DNA from: a virus | Lineage: Duplodnaviria > Caudoviricetes | IMG/VR virus record: IMGVR_UViG_3300020340_000001 | Coordinates: 1 to 61,976 of that record | Reading direction: 5' to 3' (one strand) | Length of the DNA: 61,976 nt | Shown here: positions 38,036 through 48,563 of the stretch, in pieces | How positions within the stretch are numbered: position 1 is the stretch's first letter | How the letters are laid out: each line of letters starts with the position of its first letter | Translations under genes and position numbers: made by a program | The notes under the pieces: generated by a model | Database searches by the model: none | What the model was told of the DNA's origin: nothing | The model's input: the letters and a program-made list of their open reading frames with translations, nothing else

Positions 38036-38506
38036 TTATTTTTTTGCATTAGACCCGCCATAGAAGAAAGCCGCGCAAGTACCTAATATTCCTGATAATT
38101 GCCCCAATACCAACGAGATAATAGTCTCGTCATTAGAGTCGTGTGGCATAAGTGTAACCGTCATTACATACGCACCATAAAGTAGGAGAGCTAGTATAGA
38201 AAAGGCTTTGGGAGTTATATCCGAACCAAAGGCTTCCCGTGCTGATTTCCTGTCCTCTACTTCAGTCTTAAACGACTCCAGATCAATTTCCATTTCTCGG
38301 ATACGGTCTTTAAAATCCCTGTCTGCTTCCTTGAGAAGCACCGCTTTCTCTGGCTCTCGCTCGATAATATCCTCTATCTCATTAGCCGTAGCATCCGGTA
38401 CACCTAGTTTTTGTGCGGCCATCTTGACAGCCATACCCGCCATTGGCCCACCTGCTGCACTGGCTATAGTAGGGGCAAGAGACTTGAGTAATCCACCTAA
38501 TTTCAT
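38036..38506 (-). CDS. Membrane protein, holin candidate
   Basis: Two C-terminal TM helices ending AFFYGGS; adjacent to the endolysin. Confidence 0.6.
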   Translation of the reverse strand: MKLGGLLKSLAPTIASAAGGPMAGMAVKMAAQKLGVPDATANEIEDIIEREPEKAVLLKEADRDFKDRIREMEIDLESFKTEVEDRKSAREAFGSDITPKAFSILALLLYGAYVMTVTLMPHDSNDETIISLVLGQLSGILGTCAAFFYGGSNAKK

Positions 38507-38549
38507 TGCAGTAACAAATACACTTTTATAAGTGCCTCTAGTTCGTTAA

Positions 38550-38759
38550 TTACTTTCCCGTGGAGTCTTCCTCCACGATTTCGTCAATCGTATCACAAAC
38601 GTCTGGGATTCGGATGCCTGTCGTAACCTCAGTGGTCACGCGGCCTACAGCTCGTATGCCTTTGTAGACACCAGAGCAGTACAGTTCCTTGTTGGCTATC
38701 ATTTCCTCGGATACAGAGCATCCCGCCATTAGTACACACAGCGCAGCGATTCTAAGCAT
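38550..38759 (-). CDS. Small lipoprotein
   Basis: Signal MLRIAALCVLMAGC with lipobox. Confidence 0.65.
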   Translation of the reverse strand: MLRIAALCVLMAGCSVSEEMIANKELYCSGVYKGIRAVGRVTTEVTTGIRIPDVCDTIDEIVEEDSTGK

Positions 38760-39492
38760 TTTCAACCTCGTCAATCATTTTGTTGAGTTCTTTAAGTTCT
38801 TCTGGATTAAGTATCTTGTCTTGAGCATCCAAAAATATTTCTAGGCGCTCTTTATACCCTTCCATAAAATGGTCAGAGATAGCATCTTTCAGGCTTCTGT
38901 CTTCCTTCCTAACTTCTTTTGGAGGGTTTATGTAATCTTGCAGGGAGTTAGCAAAGTACAACATGGTCTGCGACCTAGAAGGGCCATAGCAAAGGCGCGG
39001 TATGCGTGCCACCATATCTGAACCTTGCACACAAGAAATTTGGTTATCCAACTCCATAGGACGCTTGAACCCTTTGAAGAACACATTAGGTTTACCAAAG
39101 GTTACCAGATTGATGTTAGGGTGTTTTTTCCACAGTTTAGCTGCGCTTAATTCTGCTAACGCTCCACCAAGACTGTGCCCGCATATTAAAGTACGCTTCT
39201 TCATGTCTAAGTGCTTCTTTACTTTACCCCAAACAGAAGCATGAGCTGCGGTAAACCCACCGTGGCACAACCTGCCTACGTAAGGTACTGGGACTACTAG
39301 CGCATCGGTAAGCCAATCACGCCCCTGTTGCGTCCCACGAAACGCTATGATGTCTATGGATTTGCGTTTTGCTACGTAAACTGTAGTAGAGGTAAGTTTA
39401 CTTTCTATTTTTATAGAGTCTTTATTTTCATCGTTATAGGCTTTCATCGCCCAACTACACGCCATATTAAGTAAAACGGGGTCTAGTTTCAT
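38752..39492 (-). CDS. Class 3 lipase (alpha/beta hydrolase)
   Basis: IAFRGT, HGGF, GHSLGGALA nucleophile elbow, TFGKP, DMVARIP, DH. Confidence 0.9.
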   Translation of the reverse strand: MKLDPVLLNMACSWAMKAYNDENKDSIKIESKLTSTTVYVAKRKSIDIIAFRGTQQGRDWLTDALVVPVPYVGRLCHGGFTAAHASVWGKVKKHLDMKKRTLICGHSLGGALAELSAAKLWKKHPNINLVTFGKPNVFFKGFKRPMELDNQISCVQGSDMVARIPRLCYGPSRSQTMLYFANSLQDYINPPKEVRKEDRSLKDAISDHFMEGYKERLEIFLDAQDKILNPEELKELNKMIDEVENA

Positions 39493-39989
39493 TACTCACC
39501 ACCTAATCCAAAAATTAAAAATACCGCACCAAAGATAAAAATAACTGTACCTACAAGCCATGCAAACATTACAGCTAAGTCACGTATCAAGGCATCCTCT
39601 GCTTTTTCTGCGGCTGCTTTTTGTTTTCTTTTAACTTCGCGTTTCTTTTCAATCTTGGCTGCTTCAGCTTTGATCTTGCCCCATCTGTGTGTCTTTCCTT
39701 GACGCATATAATGGTCACGGATTTTTTCCATCATCTTTTCAATCCGTTCTTCTTGCTGGTCTATAGTAATAGCTTCCTCTAACGCGGAGCCTACCAACAG
39801 ATCATCATTTCCAGCCTGACGAGCTTTTGCCATGTGCTCTTCGACTTTTTTCTTAGCAGTAAAAAAGCGGCCAACTTCACCGGCCATGTCTTCGACTTCT
39901 TTTTTCTTGGCAATAGCTGTCTGTACAACGACAAAAGCGCTGTCTAAGGCTTTTATTGCAAGTAGAGCTTCACCGATCATTTGTACCAC
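39492..39989 (-). CDS. Coiled-coil protein with C-terminal TM helix
   Basis: Charged helical body and hydrophobic C-terminus. Confidence 0.7.
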   Translation of the reverse strand: MVQMIGEALLAIKALDSAFVVVQTAIAKKKEVEDMAGEVGRFFTAKKKVEEHMAKARQAGNDDLLVGSALEEAITIDQQEERIEKMMEKIRDHYMRQGKTHRWGKIKAEAAKIEKKREVKRKQKAAAEKAEDALIRDLAVMFAWLVGTVIFIFGAVFLIFGLGGE

Positions 39990-40171
39990 CTGCTGTCTTC
40001 ATCTGCATTTATTGGCTGACAATATGCGTTAATATCAGGGGTGTCAGGCTGTTGTTTTATTTTTTCAGCAAAATATAGACATCTATTAATATCCTTAAAG
40101 CACAACGCCTGTTCACAAGAACGCGATACATCTTGCCCTCCGATACTTACTATTAGTATGAAAAGCACCAT
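39977..40171 (-). CDS. Small hypothetical protein
   Basis: Hydrophobic N-terminus, F..I..C...A and AYC.P motifs. Confidence 0.6.
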   Translation of the reverse strand: MVLFILIVSIGGQDVSRSCEQALCFKDINRCLYFAEKIKQQPDTPDINAYCQPINADEDSRWYK

Positions 40172-40180
40172 GACGCATCT

Positions 40181-40543
40181 TTACAACGCTTTAATGCGAT
40201 CTATTTCAGCCTGTACTGCATCGGTAAAAGTAGAGCTGTAGGTTGCATTAGCGGCATAGCGAACCTTGTCCTGCTCTAACATTCCTGCTGCCGGATCAAC
40301 CCATCCTGCTACATCACCCCAAGAACTGCCGTCATAGGTGTGCTTGCCGCCAACCCAACCGTCAGGAGCAGTAACTCCGGTGTGCAGAGTTGCATTACTG
40401 GCATTGAGGTCACCGATGTCAAAATCGTTACCACCGTTATTTCTAACAGTCGCGTTAGGTGTTGCTGATAAATCGACATTAACGCTGTCGTCAAATAGAT
40501 AAACGCTTACGTTGCCGTCATTTTTTGTAATAGTCTGGCTCAT
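40181..40543 (-). CDS. Putative tail fibre assembly/accessory protein
   Basis: Directly downstream of the fibre genes; APDGWVGGKHTYDGSSW. Confidence 0.55.
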   Translation of the reverse strand: MSQTITKNDGNVSVYLFDDSVNVDLSATPNATVRNNGGNDFDIGDLNASNATLHTGVTAPDGWVGGKHTYDGSSWGDVAGWVDPAAGMLEQDKVRYAANATYSSTFTDAVQAEIDRIKAL

Positions 40544-43224
40544 TATGAGTCTCCATTCAAAAGTAAAGATGTTGTTGAAATTGCTATTCCCGCATTGACG
40601 CTAGGGCTATCTGCTGAACTCGAAAACCCACCGGAGGTGGTGACGTAGTATTTGGTTCCCGTGGTAAAAGTAGTGGTGGCTAATGTACTTACTACGGCAA
40701 CTCCGTTCCCTGCGTTAGCAGAACCGACAAATGCAAATTTATTAGAGGAAGTGTCGTAGGCAGCTCCAATACCTGTTTGAGAAGAACCTAAAGAACTTGA
40801 AAACCACGTTGACTTTGTGCCCCAAGTGCTCGTAGTCCCTGAAATACTTCCATAAAACGCTGATCCTTGGTAACTCGTACCACTGGTATGGTCATCACGA
40901 AAGGCAAGACCTATTTTCCCTAAATCTGGATCGTAAGCTAGAGCAGTTCCGTACAAAGCCCCATTACCCTGCGAACTAATTGTTACTGGGGTATTAATAG
41001 TGACACTCGATCCACTCATGCTTATGACAGAAAAATATAAGGGGTAGTTACCGCTTGAATCACCATAGATAATGCCTGTTTTAGAATTCCCTGAATCGTA
41101 TATTGTTTCAGGATTCCAAATATAAGGACTACCCGACCCGTATGTGCTTACCGTACCAACCGTACCAGAACCAGAAGAAATGCTTAAATTCATTGCTTTT
41201 AATACCCCGCTTACAGTGTAAGTTACTAAAAACTTACCTTGTGAAGTATCAAAAGCAATATTTCTTGCATTGTAATCCATTACATCGGAGCCGTTGAGAG
41301 TAGCTGCGGTATTAAAAGAAATAGCATCTGGCCCTGTTGTTACAGTACCGATGATGTAAGTAGCATAGTTGGAATTGCCGTTGTCACGATAAGTCAACAA
41401 TACTTTGTTTTCAACGGGATCAAATCCTGCGCCAATATAAAAACTGTTAGCACTTTCAAACACTGTAGCTGAACCGAAAGCTATGGTGCTTCCTGAACCA
41501 CTTCCGCTAACTGCCCCCACAATCGCCGTACCATAATCAGAGTTGCCACCATCACGGTAAGCAATAACGACACGATTGACGTTAGTATCAAAAGTTAAAG
41601 CTAAACCACTATCCCCACTTGCAGTGCTGCTAAAAACTACAGGCGTACCCCAAGTTATAGAAGTACCTGACAATTCGCCTACGACTGCTGTACCATAATC
41701 AGAATTGCTACCGTCTTTGTAAGCAACGACTAATCGGTTATTAGTCGAATCATAAACCATCCCGTAATTTTCTGCTCCGGCAGACGTATAACCAGTTACA
41801 GGAGTTCCGTAAGTCGGAGTGACCGTACCAAACGGATCAGTTAGCCCGCTTACCGTACCCCCCTGCACGATCACGCTACCCGCAGCACTGGCTGATATTG
41901 CGCTGTCGGCTACGCCTACGAAATTGGCCGTTGTTAGGTTAGTCGCTCCGGGTTCAACTGCATTATTTCTAGTCGAGTCGTTTGAGTTAAATGTATAACT
42001 AACAATGACACGCTTGCCTGTTGCATCATAAACACTAGCAAACTGCCTGACAGGTGTTCCACTTGAACCATCTAAATAGATAGGAGTTGTTACAGTAACG
42101 GCTGTACCACTTACGGTTGCGAAGACTACTTTTCCATTATCGCTGTCATCATCGTCTGCATACACAATAACTACTTTTTGAGCGTTGGCATCATAAGCTA
42201 CACCAAAAGCATTGGAATCAGAGTGGACTTGATTGCCGTCACCAAACTCTACGTCAGTGCCATAAGTAATACTGGAGGCTCCTGTTGTTCCTGCAACAAC
42301 GTACCCTTTATTACTGCTATCTCTAAAAGCTACTACTTGTGCGTTTTGGTTAGAGTCATAAGTAGCAGTAGGGTCTGTGGTATACCCAGAATGAAAAGCC
42401 GTATTTGCACTGAAACTTAATGACGTTCCAGAAACCGATATAATTTTAGAGAATGCGTTGCCTAAAGTATTACAGAAATGAATAACTGTTTTAGAGACAC
42501 TAGGGTCGTAAACCATAGAGGCACGACCAAGAAAAGTCCATGACCCACTACCCTCCGCATCTGAATTGCCATGAAGAGTCGGAGGGTTATAAGCGGAAGA
42601 AGGTTGAACCAACCTTACTTGACCACCTGCGTAAAAAAAGCTAGACCCATCATCATAACTATAGTCATAAGCCAGAAATGTCATCTGCTGTGTAGGGTCA
42701 TACTCTAAATCAGTACGGTTAACTTGATAAGGGTAGGAACTAAGCGAAGACGCTGAATACACAGTAGGGGTAGTTCCAGACACCGACACACACCGACACT
42801 CACCCACAAAATTACTACCGCTATTAGTATACGCGATAACGTAATAACCACTTTGTATATCATACGCACAAGAAAAACCGCCAGTGCTTGAACTTAAAAA
42901 AGTCACGGGAGTTCCGTAAGTAATACTTCCTCCGGGCGTGGCGTAATTAACAACTTGCACTGTACCGTAACCGTTATTGGCTCTATACGCATAAAGAATT
43001 TCTCCGCTGCCGTTAGAGGCCATACCTCCTTGTGTTTTTGAAGCAGAACTGCCGCTAAAAAAAACAGGAGTCCCTGCGGAATCAGCACCAATCGTAATAG
43101 GAGAAACTGTACCATCGCTATTAAGTACTACTGGCGCTTTTGAAGAGATACCGCTACCACTGTCAGTAAAGGTCAGTTGTTTGGCTGCCGCTCCCGCAGG
43201 AAGTAGATCAGATAAATTGCTCAC
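40543..43224 (-). CDS. Tail fibre/spike protein 3 (893 aa, two beta-repeat blocks)
   Basis: S/G/T-rich with repeated YD...kvvi.Y / GT.I..GT.V.F blades; termini shared with paralogues. Confidence 0.75.
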   Translation of the reverse strand: MSNLSDLLPAGAAAKQLTFTDSGSGISSKAPVVLNSDGTVSPITIGADSAGTPVFFSGSSASKTQGGMASNGSGEILYAYRANNGYGTVQVVNYATPGGSITYGTPVTFLSSSTGGFSCAYDIQSGYYVIAYTNSGSNFVGECRCVSVSGTTPTVYSASSLSSYPYQVNRTDLEYDPTQQMTFLAYDYSYDDGSSFFYAGGQVRLVQPSSAYNPPTLHGNSDAEGSGSWTFLGRASMVYDPSVSKTVIHFCNTLGNAFSKIISVSGTSLSFSANTAFHSGYTTDPTATYDSNQNAQVVAFRDSSNKGYVVAGTTGASSITYGTDVEFGDGNQVHSDSNAFGVAYDANAQKVVIVYADDDDSDNGKVVFATVSGTAVTVTTPIYLDGSSGTPVRQFASVYDATGKRVIVSYTFNSNDSTRNNAVEPGATNLTTANFVGVADSAISASAAGSVIVQGGTVSGLTDPFGTVTPTYGTPVTGYTSAGAENYGMVYDSTNNRLVVAYKDGSNSDYGTAVVGELSGTSITWGTPVVFSSTASGDSGLALTFDTNVNRVVIAYRDGGNSDYGTAIVGAVSGSGSGSTIAFGSATVFESANSFYIGAGFDPVENKVLLTYRDNGNSNYATYIIGTVTTGPDAISFNTAATLNGSDVMDYNARNIAFDTSQGKFLVTYTVSGVLKAMNLSISSGSGTVGTVSTYGSGSPYIWNPETIYDSGNSKTGIIYGDSSGNYPLYFSVISMSGSSVTINTPVTISSQGNGALYGTALAYDPDLGKIGLAFRDDHTSGTSYQGSAFYGSISGTTSTWGTKSTWFSSSLGSSQTGIGAAYDTSSNKFAFVGSANAGNGVAVVSTLATTTFTTGTKYYVTTSGGFSSSADSPSVNAGIAISTTSLLLNGDS

Positions 43225-44747
43225 GATGTATACTCCAGATTTAAAACGGTGGCTGACAAGGCTTTACCCGCTTTGACGCTGCTGCTGACAGTCGATATTG
43301 TCCCGTCATCCTGAACGTAATAATCGCTTGCAGGAGTTAACGAACTCAAACCTGTAGCCGCTATGCCGCCTTTGATTGTTATGTTTCCACTGGCTGCGCT
43401 TGAGATGGCTTCGTCTGATATGCCGAGGAAGTTAGATGCGGTGACATTTGTCATAGGCATAGTGTAAGTTTGTGCATACCCATCCCAAAGAACAAAGTTG
43501 CCACTTGTTTGACTACCGTATACGGCTATATAAGTTCTACCTGTCCCTGTTGGGCCTTCTGTTAAGTCCTGAAACGTATTCGTGGTGTCAGTGTATAAAT
43601 CAGTGGGGCTGACACTAATGGTAGGGGTAGTTCCAGAAAGAACGAGGTACTGAGAAGGAGTGCTAGTGCTTGAAAAAGAAAGAGTAACAAGTGTTTGAGC
43701 TGCATCACTATTATATTGAGATTTTAAAGAATAAAGTTGATTGGCAATAGTCGCGCTTTTTAAGACAACAGCCGACCCTACCTGAGTAACAGCGTTATTT
43801 GTCCCTGTAAATGTGCAAGCCTGAACGGTTGGATAAGTACTCCCATTTTCCGCAAAAACCATAATTGTTTCAGCGCTTGCATCATAAGCGATACTTTTTG
43901 CTTCTGAACGAGTAAGATTAGTTATATTGGTATTTGATTGAACTGTTGGATTAGTTCCTGCGTTGTCTTCTATTACGCTACAAACTACACCCCCTGAAGA
44001 GTTAAAAGTTTGTACTAAATATCGGCTTTTCTCTGCAACATAAATAGCGGGGTAGTTGGACGAATAATAACCGCTGTTAGAATTAATAGCATTCCTACTT
44101 TCGTAAGTAACAGTCGAACCAGATATAGTCCCTTTTGTAACATTTGCTTCGTTAAACGGGTAGTATTCCCAAAAAACCATAAAAGTGCCGTTGTTGTCAG
44201 ATGCAACAGATGGCCCCAAAGAATAATAGTTAATTTGAGTACCGCTATCTACCCAAGTAACCGTACCCGATGAAAAAGTTAAAAGAGCAGCACGTACAGA
44301 ACGAGAGGCATATCCAGTTCCATCTTCCCAAACAATAATGCCTTTCTGTTCAGAGCTGTCATAAGCTACGTCAATATTTAAACCTACGGCGGTGGAACAG
44401 GCTACCGTAGAATTTACAGCAGAGGTAAAGCTCCAAGACGTGCCATTGTAAGTGCCTGAAGAATACCAAATTTGCGAGCCATAATGCCAAAAAAAGTAAA
44501 CCCTATCTTGATCCGGATTGTATACGGCTCTTACAGAAGAGGTGTCGCTAGTAGCAGAAGTGCTTGAACTATAGTCATTAAACTCACCCTCAACTGAATC
44601 AAGTGCAGCGGCGCTCAAACCTACCTCACTCACTGTCCCATCACTGTTCAAGATAACAGGCTTACCAGACGAGGTGACGTTACCGCTGGCTGTAAAACTA
44701 ACTTGCTTCCCCGCTCCCGCAGGAAAAAGATCGCTAAGATTCGTCAT
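43221..44747 (-). CDS. Tail fibre/spike protein 2 (508 aa)
   Basis: MTNLSDLFPAG N-terminus, DYYVQDDGT C-terminus. Confidence 0.75.
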   Translation of the reverse strand: MTNLSDLFPAGAGKQVSFTASGNVTSSGKPVILNSDGTVSEVGLSAAALDSVEGEFNDYSSSTSATSDTSSVRAVYNPDQDRVYFFWHYGSQIWYSSGTYNGTSWSFTSAVNSTVACSTAVGLNIDVAYDSSEQKGIIVWEDGTGYASRSVRAALLTFSSGTVTWVDSGTQINYYSLGPSVASDNNGTFMVFWEYYPFNEANVTKGTISGSTVTYESRNAINSNSGYYSSNYPAIYVAEKSRYLVQTFNSSGGVVCSVIEDNAGTNPTVQSNTNITNLTRSEAKSIAYDASAETIMVFAENGSTYPTVQACTFTGTNNAVTQVGSAVVLKSATIANQLYSLKSQYNSDAAQTLVTLSFSSTSTPSQYLVLSGTTPTISVSPTDLYTDTTNTFQDLTEGPTGTGRTYIAVYGSQTSGNFVLWDGYAQTYTMPMTNVTASNFLGISDEAISSAASGNITIKGGIAATGLSSLTPASDYYVQDDGTISTVSSSVKAGKALSATVLNLEYTS

Positions 44748-46213
44748 CCCGTATAATCCTTGATATTAATCTGGTTTGTCTTGATCGCGTTGCCGATTAG
44801 CTGACCGCCTGTATCGGTGGATAAAGTGCCGTCTGTCTGAACGTAGTAATCGCTACCTATCGTCAGACTTGACTGCGCTTCGTTTCTACTACCCCAAGTG
44901 TTTATCGTGCCTGTCGCTGTGTCGCTGATGGCTGATGGGGCAAGACCTAAGAGGTTGGTTGCGGTGAGGTTACTTGATGTAGGACTAAAAACATTTACCT
45001 CTGCTGCATCGCTGTTTGACCCATCCATATAAAGCACAATAGATTTTTTTACGGACTGATCTGTAGTCACACCCCAATTACTATAGTTTTTATAACCTAC
45101 TGTGGTAATTGAGCCTTCAGTAATAGTGGTTCCTGAATAGTTCAACTCGACCACTTTTCCGTCACTAGAAGAGGAATTACTACGATAATAATACACGGCT
45201 TGTGTAGCAGAACCACCCCAACCCATTGCCGGCTCGTTGTAATCGGGGTCAGCCGTTAAAGAAGTTGTAGCCCCTAGAGTAAGTGTTGTTCCTGAAACTG
45301 TGATTACACGAGCTAGCGATGTACCTCCCGAAGCTCCGGGATCGTGATAAGCCGCAATATAAGTAGACTCTGGAGAGGTATACCCATTCCAAAAACCACT
45401 AGCTATGTCATTATATTGTGAAGTGCCACCAGATATGTCAGTTGCTGTTCCCGCCGTTATTGTCGTACCACTCACCGTACAAGCAACAAAACTCATCTTA
45501 CTTGTACTTCCACCTGCACAAACAAATTCCCCTTTTTTGCCACTTGCCATACGCAAAGGAATAGTATTACCACCGAATACACTTACTGCTGTATTCATAG
45601 TTAAGCTCGTCCCTGAAATACTAACTACTTGTGCAGATGAACCTGATACATTCCCCCAACAAATAACCACCTTTGAATCGTCTAAATTAGATATATCGCC
45701 TTCGTTGGCATCACCATAACTAGAACCAGAAAAAGCAGATGCTTCACTACCAAAAGAAAAAGTACTTCCAGAAACTGTAGCAGCTTTACATTTTATCGAA
45801 GAGCCACCCCTAAGTTTATAATAAAAAACCACTACGTTTTGCGTTTGGTCATACACACATCTACAAAAACTCGTGCCACTTGAAGTAATTACTGTCGGAG
45901 AGTTCATCGTCATAGTTGTACCACTTATAGTGGCTACGGCAGCAGTAGGGTAATAATTAGAAGCTCCTGCGGGCCAACATAAAATAATACTATTATTGGT
46001 AATGTGATAAGCCGCACCAGAAGTACCACTTACTTGGTAAGAGGTTCCTTGGTCGTCAGGAGTTCCCATACTCCCCGCAGTTTCTGAAATCCCACTTACT
46101 TTCCCATCACTCGTAAGAATAACAGGCGCACCCGCGCTGATATTGCCATCGGCTACAAAGTCTGTGTTGTTTTGCCCTCCCCCTTGAGGAAGAAGATCAG
46201 ATAAATTAGCCAT
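44744..46213 (-). CDS. Tail fibre/spike protein 1 (489 aa)
   Basis: MANLSDLLPQG N-terminus, DYYVQTDGT C-terminus. Confidence 0.75.
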   Translation of the reverse strand: MANLSDLLPQGGGQNNTDFVADGNISAGAPVILTSDGKVSGISETAGSMGTPDDQGTSYQVSGTSGAAYHITNNSIILCWPAGASNYYPTAAVATISGTTMTMNSPTVITSSGTSFCRCVYDQTQNVVVFYYKLRGGSSIKCKAATVSGSTFSFGSEASAFSGSSYGDANEGDISNLDDSKVVICWGNVSGSSAQVVSISGTSLTMNTAVSVFGGNTIPLRMASGKKGEFVCAGGSTSKMSFVACTVSGTTITAGTATDISGGTSQYNDIASGFWNGYTSPESTYIAAYHDPGASGGTSLARVITVSGTTLTLGATTSLTADPDYNEPAMGWGGSATQAVYYYRSNSSSSDGKVVELNYSGTTITEGSITTVGYKNYSNWGVTTDQSVKKSIVLYMDGSNSDAAEVNVFSPTSSNLTATNLLGLAPSAISDTATGTINTWGSRNEAQSSLTIGSDYYVQTDGTLSTDTGGQLIGNAIKTNQINIKDYTG

Positions 46214-47086
46214 TTACACACTCCAGCCAATAGTCCCGTTTATATAGGTCATGGTTATCTGAGCAAAGTCTTTGTCAAACGTTAAATCAGTGCCACTTGA
46301 CGCTATATTGCTACCGTTTCTGGCAACTGTAAAACTACTTGAAGAGGCGGTATAACCTGCTTTAATAGTTATCGCATCTCCTGCCGAAGGGCCACTGGGT
46401 AGTGTTATAGTTATACCTCCAGTAGTTACAACTATGAAATCTCTATTAACCGCTGAATATCCTGTGCCTTTTAATAAAGGAACAACTGCACCGCTACCAC
46501 CATTAGCAAATGGTAATACGCCTGATACAGCAGCCGTTAAGCTAACTCCCGAAAGTGTGCCGCCTAACGTTAAGTTTCCTGTACTAGTTACTGTACCTGT
46601 CAGAGTCAGTCCGTTAACGGTTCCAGTTCCAGCTACCGAAGTCACTCCATCAGCTGCAACATTAGCATTGGCATCTACAACAGCAGCTCCTGATCCTGCG
46701 CCATCTAAGTAGAGAACTTTAGTTTGCCCTGTAGGTATATTTACAGTAGCTCCTGACCCCTGCTTTATGGTTATGGTCTGACTGCCTGTTGTAGCATTCT
46801 CTATCCACATAACCCGCGAAACAGTGTTTGGCGCTATCGTAAGTTCCCTAGTCGTAGAAAGAGTTGCTGTAGAAGTGACTTTAAAATACAGCGCACGAGC
46901 AGGATCAGCAGAACCATCCGCTATGGTGGTCGTTTGGTTACCGTCTGAACCAAAACAATCTTGAGTGTTATACCCAAGTGAGTCAGCAATAAGTTCTAAA
47001 TTAGTATTAGTACTAGTACCCCAAGTACCGTCCTCATCGCCTGTAGTAATTTCTTTAAGTCTTAAATTATTTACATAAGTAGCCAT
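46214..47086 (-). CDS. Tail fibre anchor/adaptor protein
   Basis: TWGTSTNTNL N-terminus; C-terminal ITLP..P..GD.I.I...TVARNG.NI domain ending GW.V. Confidence 0.65.
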   Translation of the reverse strand: MATYVNNLRLKEITTGDEDGTWGTSTNTNLELIADSLGYNTQDCFGSDGNQTTTIADGSADPARALYFKVTSTATLSTTRELTIAPNTVSRVMWIENATTGSQTITIKQGSGATVNIPTGQTKVLYLDGAGSGAAVVDANANVAADGVTSVAGTGTVNGLTLTGTVTSTGNLTLGGTLSGVSLTAAVSGVLPFANGGSGAVVPLLKGTGYSAVNRDFIVVTTGGITITLPSGPSAGDAITIKAGYTASSSSFTVARNGSNIASSGTDLTFDKDFAQITMTYINGTIGWSV

Positions 47087-47095
47087 AATATATTC

Positions 47096-47806
47096 CTATG
47101 CTGCTTTGTTTATATCTACCCAACTAGGTGTTTGAGAATCATCTATCGTAGTCCAACCACCTCTACTTATTGTTCCTACCGCGCCCGTACCACTTACACC
47201 TGTAGCTACTATAGAGCCACCAAATGCGATAATAACAGGCTCAACTCCACCTGTCCCCGCCACTCCAGTTATCGCAGGTAGCACTAAATCAGTAGGTGCT
47301 CCAACAGCACTTGTGCCAACTACCCCTGTAACAGATACGATTCTATCGTAAGCTGGAGTAACCGTACCGACAGCACCCGTACCACTTACGCCTGTAGGTA
47401 CAAATAAATCTCCTACTACAAGCGCAACCGCACCTATAGCACCCGTACCACTTACGCCTGTAGGAGTTACGGAATCTACTACACTTATTGAAGTAGTTCC
47501 TACTGCACCCGTACCACTTACGCCTGTCGGTGTTTGCACGCTGCTGTATGCAGTAGTTACGTCCCCTACACTACCTGTTCCTTCTACACCCGTTGGGATT
47601 ATAAGCCCAGTACGGTTTATAACAACGCTACCTACCGCGCTAGTCCCCTGTACCCCAGTGGGTATTACAGACCCTCCTATGGAGAATCCTACAGTGCCTA
47701 TTGCTCCTGTAGCTGATACGGAAATATTGACATTATTTCCCCACGAGCCTTGGCCCCACGTACCTGCGCCCCATGTAGCTCCAAGCCCTACAACTTTATC
47801 AGTCAT
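47096..47806 (-). CDS. Virion protein with 22-aa PTGVSGTGAVG repeats
   Basis: About eight repeats; GCACCCGTACCACTTACGCCTGT recurs at 66-nt spacing near 47373, 47439 and 47505. Confidence 0.75.
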   Translation of the reverse strand: MTDKVVGLGATWGAGTWGQGSWGNNVNISVSATGAIGTVGFSIGGSVIPTGVQGTSAVGSVVINRTGLIIPTGVEGTGSVGDVTTAYSSVQTPTGVSGTGAVGTTSISVVDSVTPTGVSGTGAIGAVALVVGDLFVPTGVSGTGAVGTVTPAYDRIVSVTGVVGTSAVGAPTDLVLPAITGVAGTGGVEPVIIAFGGSIVATGVSGTGAVGTISRGGWTTIDDSQTPSWVDINKAA

Positions 47807-47815
47807 TCAAGACCT

Positions 47816-48271
47816 CTAGGCGATACGTATAATCGCAGTAGAAGCACCCGCAGCTGGGAACTGGATTTGAAAATCCCCTGAACTTACTGTTTGATCTCCA
47901 CCAAAAGCCAATACCGCACACGCTGAATTACTGTTGCTAGTGTTATAGATCATTGCCCCACATGTTGTAAAAGAAGCACTTGACCAAGTAGTGTCAGAAA
48001 AATCACAAACAGCCGTAGTACCAGAAGCAACCGGAGTTACGTTAGTAAGAGTGTTACCACCTGCACTGTAACCTGAACCACTTGCCTCATCAGAATTACC
48101 TGTGATGTTAGAGTAGTTAGTGCTTGCAGCTCCGTAAGTTCCTGAACCTGCTGATACTGACTTAAGTAGTGCAATCTTCAACGTATCCGCACCGTTTTGT
48201 AAGTCATGTAGCCCCTTAAGTAGTTCTACTTTAAAACTTGTGGGCATTGCTGTTGATACTGTTATTGCCAT
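47816..48271 (-). CDS. Virion structural protein
   Basis: SFKVELL...YSAGG..L...DF.D..W...FGGD. Confidence 0.7.
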   Translation of the reverse strand: MAITVSTAMPTSFKVELLKGLHDLQNGADTLKIALLKSVSAGSGTYGAASTNYSNITGNSDEASGSGYSAGGNTLTNVTPVASGTTAVCDFSDTTWSSASFTTCGAMIYNTSNSNSACAVLAFGGDQTVSSGDFQIQFPAAGASTAIIRIA

Positions 48272-48272
48272 G

Positions 48273-48563
48273 TTATATCTCCAATAGTTTTACAAGTTCC
48301 GAATGCCCAGCATCGCGGAATTGGTTTGCCAAAGTTGTGCGGTCTGAACGAATAGCTTGTTTCATATACTCAACCAGTACCCCACGGATTTGATTTTTAA
48401 ACGCTTCTGCCTGTTCTACAATCAAAGGATGACTATTGCCACCCACATAAATTATTTTATCTAGCGCCTGTTCAGCTAACTCTTCGGGAGTAAACCCTCG
48501 CTTAGATATAGTAGTAACCTTTACGTTACCTAGTTCCACAACGCTTTCAGAACTTATCATCAA
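48273..48563 (-). CDS. Hypothetical protein
   Basis: RGFTPEELAE...QAEAFK; in operon. Confidence 0.7.
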   Translation of the reverse strand: MMISSESVVELGNVKVTTISKRGFTPEELAEQALDKIIYVGGNSHPLIVEQAEAFKNQIRGVLVEYMKQAIRSDRTTLANQFRDAGHSELVKLLEI

